This document shows, in pieces, positions 61,301 through 64,000 of a DNA stretch of 64,000 bases. The position numbers were made by a program, and so were the translations under genes. The stretch's first letter is position 1. Every line of letters begins with the position of its first letter. Source of the stretch: Ginglymostoma cirratum. Taxonomy: Eukaryota. Location of the stretch: assembly GCA_024137785.1 (NCBI GenBank), contig JAHRHZ010000222.1, positions 31,047,996-31,111,995 of the forward strand. The letters run 5' to 3'. The notes below the pieces were generated by a model. It was given only the letters and a program-made list of their open reading frames with translations. It was not told the origin of the DNA and searched no databases.

Positions 61301-64000
61301 TCAAAGGCTAGAGGGAGCGGACCAGGCAGAAGGAGAGTGTTGAATGCGGGTGAAGGGGTCTGTGGGATGGGGAAATGACTCCTATGCAAAGAAATGGGCG
61401 CAGAGGCAACAGAAGATGTGTTCAACGTCATGTCATGCACAAAATTAATTCAGATGCAGGCGCAGAGCAATAAAACTGAGACCTTTTTGAGTACAGAACA
61501 TTCAGCATCAGAGTGGAAGGTCAGAAGTGATAATAAATACCCAACAAGTGGTGGAATCAGGAGAATGGATGATGGGTATTTGGTCTTAGTCATACATACT
61601 AAGAAGTTCGACTTGTATAGCACCTTGAATATAATAAAACATCCCAAGGTACTTAACAGCAGCTTTATAAGACACACATATTCCATTTCAATTAAGGGTG
61701 AATTTTTTCTGTAGGTTTTGACAATTTTTAGATATAAGATTGTCATTATGGACCATTTTTCTATTTTAAACAAAGCAGGCAAGGCACAGTGCTGTCACAT
61801 GCAAACTAATGTTCCAAGTCACAACAAATGATTTGGTCTGAACCATAGCCTCAGATGGGCAAGCCTTTCTGTACCAGTTCCAATCTCTGCATTTGCTTTA
61901 CTAATCATCCTTGTGACCACTTTGAGTGAAAAGGCCTATTTCTACAGCCAGATTTATTGTGTGCCCACTTGGGAGTAGCCTGGGAGCCCAAACAACTAAC
62001 ATGATTATAAGCAGCATTACTTTGGGATTAAAATACATTCTTCAGGTAAAAGCAACACCGCGTGGTACCAGAACAACACTTCCAACAGGGCTGAAAGACA
62101 CAGTAATGGCCTTGGAGAGTATCTCTTCTTTCTTGCGCACTGAAGGGGAGGGGGGAAAACACATCTCACCTTGTACAGGGATCTCCTCACAGGAGAGCAA
62201 TCCTCCATGCACCCACGCTTCTTCCCCATGGTGCTTAGTTTAATGTTGAAATTAATACTGTGTTATTTTTCCCTTTAGTAGTAGAAATAGGCTTGTGACA
62301 TACCAGTCTATGCTAAAGTCAGCGTTTTCCAATTTGAACTCAGCAGAATTTAGAACAGTTTGTCATAATTAAAAGAGCAATTTGCAGGAACACAACAGTT
62401 CAGGAAGCATGGTACTGTAATGTGATATTTCTACTTCTTTTGCCACTTTTATTTGGAGCTTCTGAGCATGATTCCTTGATTAGCTTTGAATTATGAGAAG
62501 TCATGGACAGCATTCAAAATCCTTAAGGCTTTCAACAGCTGTCAGGCAGAAGTGATTTTTAAACCTATCAAACTAAGTTAAGTTAAATTCAAGCTCAGAG
62601 CTGACTGCTACTAAATTAATGCTGTCAAATCTCTCTTTCATACCCTTTAACTTCTTTAGAATTATTCACCCCGAAATACTAAAATTTAGCTTTCCTTATT
62701 CTGTCAATAGGTTGGTTTTTGAAGATCTTTCATTTTCAGACAGTTCTTTTGTTTGATCTTTAGAGCTACCTATTTTTAGTCATTGTTGATCATTTCCCAC
62801 TCTCCCATCCAGAATTGATCTATTTTGATGTTTAGCTTTTACTTTGTTTCACATAAATTGCATCCTCTATCAACTTATTTGGACAGGTGGCTCCCCACAC
62901 ATTACAAGTTTACTTTCCATAAACCAACCTTGCTCACTCAGGTTAAATTTCATTTTTCAGGTTCACTGCACTAAAGTGTGAAAGCTATTCCACTCCAGTC
63001 ACTCACTAATCTTCAATTCTTTACCTACTTTTCCACAATGTATAATTTTAACTGGCAATTACCAGTCAGCACATTGTAGTTAAGTCTAGTTTCCAACTTG
63101 AATGTTTCCCATATTAGAGGTTTACATGAATGATCCTGGGAATGAAGGGCTTGTCATATGTGAAGCAATTGAGGACTGTACTCAATGGAGTTTAGAAAGA
63201 TAAGGGAGGATCTCATTGAAATTTACACAATGTGGAGAGACCTGGATAGATTGGACACGGAGAAGCTGTTTCCACTAATAGGAGAGACCAGAACCCGAGG
63301 GCCCCAGACTCAGCAAAGAGATGACCCTTTAGAACAGAGATGGGGAGGAAATGCTTCAGCCAGAGGGTGGTGAATCTGTGGCACTCATTGCTACAGAGGG
63401 CTCTGGCAACCAAGTCATTGAGTGTATTTTAGACAGAGATTGATAGGTTCTTGATTAGTAAGGGGATCAAACTTTATGGAGAGAAGGCAGGAGGATGGGA
63501 TTGAGAAATATATTAACAATGATTGAATGGCAGTGTAGACTCGATGGGCTAAATGGCCTAATTTTCAGATCATATATCTTACGGCCTTACGGAACCCCTG
63601 CTGGTGGATATTTTGAGATCCAGAAATGTACCTTTTCCTCTAAGGTAACTTAAAGTGTTTTCAATGTAAATTTCATCACTTCTTATCAATGGTTACATTA
63701 CAAATGTGAATGGGTCTCAAAGAAATCATATACAGTATCTTTAAGCTAAATCAGGTGATGTCAAATTTTTTTGCCACTTTACACCAACCTGCATCTAATT
63801 GACAAATTCACATCTTTATAATTGTATGATCCTAACATTTTACACTTCTCACAATCAATCAGAATTCTTATCGGCACCATTAACATTTCCAGAGAATACA
63901 GTAAATAAAGGAAAACCTCCAGAGGTCCTAAAGGTTTATACATTAGGCATCATTTTTCACTCACCTGTTACCGATAGAGAGACTTTCCCCGTTGCTTTAT
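34227..64000 (-). CDS. Spliced gene model (5'-partial): B7-H6/NCR3LG1-like IgV-IgC1-TM joined to cytosolic IgC1-CARD-NACHT-LRR, a putative transmembrane NLR
   Basis: Exons 64000-63965, 57784-57455, 55665-55555, 52075-51644, 47359-46922, 45728-44000, 40856-40770, 39350-39267, 39134-39051, 36602-36519, 34311-34227. All junctions are GT-AG with phases 1,1,1,1,1,2,2,2,2,2. The 3500 nt join into one open frame ending in TAA. The signal peptide and most of the V domain lie beyond the window. Confidence 0.72.
34426..34553. mobile_element. Short Penelope-derived inverted fragment with near-perfect 15-bp TSD
   Basis: Flanked by gaccattttgtaaaa (34411-34425) and gacctttttgtaaaa (34554-34568). The body matches the terminal repeat family. 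Confidence 0.7.
34975..35213 (-). mobile_element. Solo LTR-like repeat, same family as 52303-52522
   Basis: Reverse-complement similarity, e.g. cattacaatcactaca and accaagtcacccttta. Confidence 0.65.
35570..36330 (-). mobile_element. Diverged CR1 LINE fragment
   Basis: RKHFIMQRVVEVSNSL..VIDA..NFKTEID is a CR1 C-terminal motif on the minus strand. Confidence 0.75.
36519..36602 (-). CDS. NLR LRR exon 4
   Basis: tttgttcgtag|A...TG|gtaaga, 84 nt, phase 2-2; LGDNDITEKGSDYFRSALEVNDTLEELW. Confidence 0.92.
36944..37006. repeat. (GT)n/(GCGT)n microsatellite
   Basis: Directly visible. Confidence 0.95.
39051..39134 (-). CDS. NLR LRR exon 3
   Basis: gatttcactag|A...GG|gtattg, 84 nt, phase 2-2; LRANSVRAKGARSMAEALEINTTLRVFG. 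Confidence 0.92.
39267..39350 (-). CDS. NLR LRR exon 2
   Basis: actttcacag|G...GG|gtatgt, 84 nt, phase 2-2; LKHNSIQEKGAAQIADALKTNRSLKTLG. Confidence 0.93.
39807..40131 (-). mobile_element. tRNA-derived SINE (HE1/V-SINE type), in NLR intron
   Basis: Reverse-complement homolog of 10087-10385. Confidence 0.88.
40770..40856 (-). CDS. NLR LRR exon 1
   Basis: cttttcattcacag|T...AG|gtaaat, 87 nt, phase 2-2; SLEGNMLDDEGAEIIANALKSKMCRIEILR (RI-type LRR). Confidence 0.92.
40870..42060 (-). mobile_element. Degenerate LINE fragment in NLR intron
   Basis: Decayed endonuclease-region sequence with multiple broken ORFs. Confidence 0.55.
42282..42339. repeat. Poly-G tract
   Basis: About 58 nt, almost entirely G. 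Confidence 0.95.
44000..45728 (-). CDS. NACHT NTPase, winged helix, HD2 and first LRR exon of an NLR
   Basis: Acceptor cttttctcttgtaattacag|AA (phase 1), donor CTG AG|gtatta (phase 2). Walker A GVAGIGKS, FSFRELN, Walker B LFLFDGLDEF, sensor-1 LITSRP, CYVPAFC, winged-helix FFHLTHQEFFAALY, LRFTAGL, HCLYE and LRR onset LELDGC. Confidence 0.96.
46922..47359 (-). CDS. CARD (death-fold) exon plus linker
   Basis: Acceptor ttgttaacag|GT, donor GAA G|gtaagc, 438 nt, phase 1-1. IRPLLNLLVNKKIISEDDHNAIK...DKGRTLLDMLSHRGQEICANFLDVLQD..YYPGL is a CARD helix pattern. Confidence 0.85.
49070..49950 (+). mobile_element. CR1 LINE 3' fragment, in the intron between the Ig and CARD exons
   Basis: VQRNLGVLV; FPLVGESMTRGYNLRV..RKHFFS..LWNSL motifs; duplicated 3' end. 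Confidence 0.88.
50780..51450 (+). mobile_element. Old L2-type LINE 3' fragment
   Basis: Remnant of LAxAFVTSxxDxxN..LxxLP..KLxLIQ motif and a gctacataagtgcaagttg-like tail. Confidence 0.6.
51644..52075 (-). CDS. Second Ig C1-set-like exon, downstream of the TM (predicted cytosolic), atypical
   Basis: Acceptor tttttttttcag|CT, donor AAA G|gtgaat, 432 nt, phase 1-1. Motifs APKV..SLACAVLWFKPKAIEVCWY...GAYSLVSQLTF...YSFEVQHDAL follow the C1-set pattern, with F-strand Cys replaced by Phe and a long internal insertion. Confidence 0.82.
52303..52522 (+). mobile_element. Solo LTR-like repeat
   Basis: TG...CA termini, TATAAA and AGTAAA motifs. An inverted homolog lies at about 34975-35213. Confidence 0.65.
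52531..52850 (+). mobile_element. tRNA-derived SINE of a second family
   Basis: tggcctgatggtatt A-box-like and ggttcaaatccc B box. The 3' tail (tagggatgggcaat..cagtgatgcccaca) is shared with the LINE end at about 2895-2937. Confidence 0.65.
53085..54300. mobile_element. Two CR1 LINE 3' fragments (plus strand about 53085-53480, minus strand about 53715-54300)
   Basis: LFPRVEGSITREQRFKV motif on the minus strand; ggagcagaggagactgaggg..tctatga tail on the plus strand. Confidence 0.8.
55555..55665 (-). CDS. Transmembrane exon (not in ORF track)
   Basis: Acceptor cattcccctag|GA, donor CAA G|gtaaat, 111 nt, phase 1-1. Encodes GSNPRTRSGTLLTFLLTCVITTAVCFGTFIFCSIKRQ, a ~24-residue uncharged stretch followed by KR stop-transfer residues. 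Confidence 0.85.
56321..56615 (+). mobile_element. tRNA-derived SINE (HE1/V-SINE type), diverged
   Basis: A/B boxes and central domain similar to 10087-10385. Confidence 0.8.
57455..57784 (-). CDS. Extracellular Ig C1-set exon, B7-H6 (NCR3LG1)/tapasin-like
   Basis: Acceptor ccttgtgtccttgtag|CA, donor AAG G|gtgagt, 330 nt, phase 1-1. Motifs ICEMKSFYP, ISW, NQDGTFNLLSFL and YVCKVIHEALKTPL. Both canonical Cys and the C-strand Trp are present, plus an NHS sequon. Confidence 0.9.
58442..60012. mobile_element. Penelope-like insertion with inverted structure and 15-bp TSD, in the intron between the V and C1 exons
   Basis: Minus-strand RT/GIY-YIG part (about 58442-59598) joined to a plus-strand terminal repeat (about 59599-60012). 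Direct repeat gaagaaattttgttt at 58427-58441 and 60013-60027. Confidence 0.9.
59884..59911 (+). ncRNA. Minimal hammerhead ribozyme motif
   Basis: CUGAUGA-A-GGG(UCUAGG)CCU-GAAAC-GUC within the Penelope terminal repeat. Confidence 0.65.
63112..63590 (+). mobile_element. CR1 LINE 3' fragment
   Basis: EFRKIREDLIEIY..LDRLDTEKLFPLIGETRTRG motif; cttacgg tail. Confidence 0.85.
63965..64000 (-). CDS. 3' end of Ig V-set exon (G strand), truncated by window edge
   Basis: Minus strand reads xAT AAA GCA ACG GGG AAA GTC TCT CTA TCG GTA ACA G|gtgagt = KATGKVSLSVT with a consensus phase-1 donor. It resembles the recalled end of the B7-H6 V domain (KAQGTVQLEVV). Confidence 0.7.

Noticed and set aside
1-64000. 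CRISPR arrays, operons or prokaryotic defence systems
   Set aside because: The sequence is intron-containing vertebrate DNA with no regularly spaced direct-repeat array.

Overview
AT-rich vertebrate genomic DNA, very likely from a shark (inferred from HE1/V-SINE-type SINEs, CR1 LINEs and Penelope-like elements typical of elasmobranchs). It holds two minus-strand protein-coding genes. (1) PLEKHF1/Phafin1, a single coding exon at 10818-11615 encoding PH, FYVE and an acidic tail. (2) A spliced gene of at least 11 exons running from the right window edge to a stop at 34227. Hand-assembled through canonical GT-AG junctions with matching phases, it gives one open frame of about 1,165 aa inside the window. 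The order is: end of an Ig V-set exon, B7-H6/NCR3LG1-like C1-set Ig, transmembrane helix, a second (predicted cytosolic) C1-set Ig lacking its F-strand cysteine, CARD, NACHT/WH/HD2, and five LRR exons. This is a candidate type I membrane NLR with a B7-family ectodomain and the main finding. The link between the Ig half and the NLR half is inferred from splice phase and needs transcript evidence. The rest is intron or intergenic DNA with Penelope-like elements carrying minimal hammerhead ribozyme motifs, palindromic Penelope-derived mini-elements with target-site duplications, SINEs, LINE fragments, solo LTRs and simple repeats. Exon coordinates were read base by base; repeat boundaries are approximate.
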